Source: Calcarisporiella thermophila CBS 279.70
Lineage: Eukaryota > Fungi > Calcarisporiellomycota
Direction: 5' to 3'
NCBI RefSeq assembly: GCF_041956535.1
Contig: NW_027192194.1
Span: forward strand, 1,282,567-1,346,566
Length of the DNA stretch: 64,000 bases
The first letter of the stretch is position 1. Every line of letters starts with the position of its first letter. Under the pieces are notes generated by a model. The model worked only from the letters and a program-made list of their open reading frames with translations. It did not search any database and was not told the origin of the DNA. Below are positions 61,540 through 64,000 of this stretch, piece by piece. The translations under genes and the position numbers were made by a program.

Positions 61540-62914
61540 TCTTCATCGCGAATTCAGAGATTTTATCTACCAAGTTGGATGTGAAGGATAATGCTTGCGT
61601 CGATTTCTAGCTTGATAAAGACAAAAAGATCGATGTTTTTTCCTGCTCATTAAAAGTATGTCGAAAGCGTCGAAGAGTTTGCTAAGACTGTCCTGAGTGG
61701 TGGTGAAACGCTTGAGAACTGCATGTTGCCCCTTCTACACGCTGAGTTGAACGCACGCCACAATTAGTGTAATCCGAGGCAAATGCCTCTGCCTACATTT
61801 CACGACTATTATACCAATATTGAAGCTAATCTGCTGTATTGGGGCATGCTTGAATTATCTTATTGTAATGCTTATCGAATTCGTCTGGTGTCTGTGAGCT
61901 AAATAGCTTAGTTGACTCCTTTGCAAAGTCTTTGTAGTTCTCAACCTTTCGGCTCAAATGCACTTGCATATCCTTTGCAATATGCCATGCACAAAGCTGG
62001 TGCTGAGCAAGTGGGATAACATTACGGATAACACTTATGAATACAGGGTCTGAATCGCTAATCACTGTTCGTATACTCTCAGTCGATTCTCTTTTTAAAC
62101 AAGATAAAAGCTGCTGGGGTACCCATGTAAATGCATGGGTAGATTCGTGATTTAGTAGCGCAATTCCCATCAAGAACGTTTTGATTTTCATCCACACTAT
62201 CAACAACCAAGCAGGGAAGGTCGAGGTGGTTAGTGCGATAGATGCTACCAGCTATCACGACCTCGGGGCACTTATCTGCAAGTGAAAAATGTGAGTTACG
62301 CGCCCAAAATACATCTTGCAGCTTGCCATTCTCAAATGTGTATTTGGCGGTATGTTCGGTTGAATTCTCGAGCTTGGTTAACAAGGCAGCAATTTTGGAC
62401 AGTCTACCCATTTCTCTCCTAGAAATTGTAGCTAGAGCATTATGGAGATTCTTATCTTGAATGGATTCAATCTGGCTACGAACAAGACGAGATGCAAGAG
62501 AAACGCTGCCTCCTAATTGAACTATATTCTGGGCAAATTGAACCGTTTCAGGATCGGGTCTACGAAATCTGCGAGCAAAACGAATTTCTTCGGGCTCCAA
62601 AAGACGATTATGCTCGGTATTACCAGAGGTAAGGCGAGAAGCATTAATGGCTTTTGAAAATCGAAATCGCAATATGAAAGGACAATCTCATTTCACTGTT
62701 GATACATTTCTCATAGGTATTTCATTATTTGAACTGTGTTGGCCTGATCGTGAACATGAAATAGTTAGAGCAGTGAGGAATCCAGTATAAAGATCTGAGC
62801 GTTCTACTCTCCATTCAAACCCAATACTAACTCGTAATCGTTCACCCATTCAGTTATTTCGTTTCGATCTTTGAACATATGGGATTTGAGATCAGAAATG
62901 GAGATAATAGTCAT
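61540..62914 (-). mobile_element. Mutator-like (MULE, FAR1-type) transposase relic
   Basis: FAR1-like N-terminus, VFWA...EVVIAGSIYRTNHLDLP (decayed DxTYxTN) and VISDSD...HQLCAWHI. Frameshifted. Confidence 0.82.
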
Positions 62915-63239
62915 TTTTACAAAGGAGAATGAAAAGATTTAAATAATAAAGGTTACGATCAACTTGAAATCAATAAAATTTTAATTTGACGCGAGAGTAA
63001 TAAAAGTAAAAGTGTGTCTCGCTATTTAATAAAACAATTAATAATTAACCAACTTAGCGGTAATTAATAGCTATACAAATAGAATTAATATAAACCAGAT
63101 TTTTAATATTTGATTGTTTGTAAATGACATTACTTGTTTATTGTTTTCTTGATATCCTTTAAATAGGTCAATTACTTGTCTTCTGATCCTTACTCCTATT
63201 TTTCTCTTTTATTTTTACTATATTTTACTATAGTAACCT

Positions 63240-63894
63240 TTAGGAGTCCGGTAGTCGAAAATGCTCCCGTCACAAAGCGTCCCTGTTGTACTTCCTGGGG
63301 TTAAGTTCATCGTCAGCCATTTTGAGAAGTTTGAGCAAGTCGGAAGGCGTTGGGTCATGGAATGACATCAGATGAATTCCCACGCGCCTGGAAAGTCTTT
63401 GATGAATGCTATCTTGCCAATTTGCGTGCGGCTGTCTTCATTCTGACCATAGCATCGTGTGATAAGCTCGCACTTGTGATAATAATAGTCTTCGTATCCT
63501 CGTCCGATCTGAAGACTCGTTGGGAAAGCTCCATCCGAGCGGAGCATTCAGGAAAAGTGCTCCAAACCAAGCTGGGCGCATATAAGAACAAGAAGAAGCG
63601 GAGAATTTCAGTTTCTCCAATTCGTCTGCCTCCACGTTAAAGCACATAATAACAACGGCTTAGCCTCATACACGTGCTTTCCCCGGAGCATTATTCTCCC
63701 CGCTTGAGTTTCAGTGGCGAACAAGATCACGCAACTAAATTTGGTGTAACCTCGGAGACCCCCACGAATTTTCCTCAATTTCACCCTATTGCTTGGCAAC
63801 TCTAAGCTTTGGGCAAATCGGGAATTGACAACCCAATCAAACTGTCCAATCACCCGAGCAACTCCAGCAGACCATTCTCGTATAAAAGACAGGC
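63240..63894 (-). pseudogene. Decayed coding-like segment abutting the telomere, possibly a retrotransposon gag relic
   Basis: More GC-rich than its AT-rich left flank, with broken reading frames. The fragment SLQIGRGYEDYYYHKCELI...KIAFIKDFP weakly recalls retrotransposon gag. Confidence 0.3.
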
Positions 63895-64000
63895 GGTTAG
63901 GTTAGGTTAGGTTAGGTTAGGTTAGGTTAGGTTAGGTTAGGTTAGGTTAGGTTAGGTTAGGTTAGGTTAGGTTAGGTTAGGTTAGGTTAGGTTAGGTTAG
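63895..64000 (+). repeat. Telomeric repeat (TTAGG)n, about 21 perfect units, G-rich strand running toward the end
   Basis: An uninterrupted ggttaggttag... array to the last base, in the correct orientation for a right chromosome end. Confidence 0.95.

Noticed and set aside
63895-64000. CRISPR array or simple microsatellite interpretation of the terminal repeat
   Set aside because: There are no spacers or cas genes, and the terminal position and G-strand orientation indicate a telomere.

Overview
Right-hand chromosome end of a eukaryote. The short GT-AG introns and the JEN1-type, MHYT, copper-fist and Ypk9-type genes point to a fungus, probably early-diverging (Zoopagomycota/Mucoromycota-like; inference). 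The window has three zones. (1) 1-42 kb is gene-dense, mostly intron-rich and GC-rich on the left, with about 19 housekeeping, metabolic and signalling genes. (2) 42.6-59.3 kb is an AT-rich subtelomeric island in which all eight intact ORFs are intronless and carry a signal peptide: a Gly-zipper/Lys-Ala protein, a divergent copper-amine-oxidase-like protein with an altered cofactor motif, an 8-Cys peptide, a bacterial-type M15 zinc peptidoglycan peptidase, and four paralogues of an unrecognised 10-Cys protein family. (3) 59.8-63.9 kb holds Ty3/Gypsy and Mutator relics and ends in a perfect (TTAGG)n telomere, the arthropod-type repeat rather than fungal TTAGGG. The best candidate for an undescribed system is the subtelomeric secreted island, probably antibacterial and partly horizontally acquired. 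A second candidate, missed by the ORF track, is a membrane-anchored protein with a PAM2 motif and tandem CCCH fingers. Exon structures were assembled by eye and no database searches were run.
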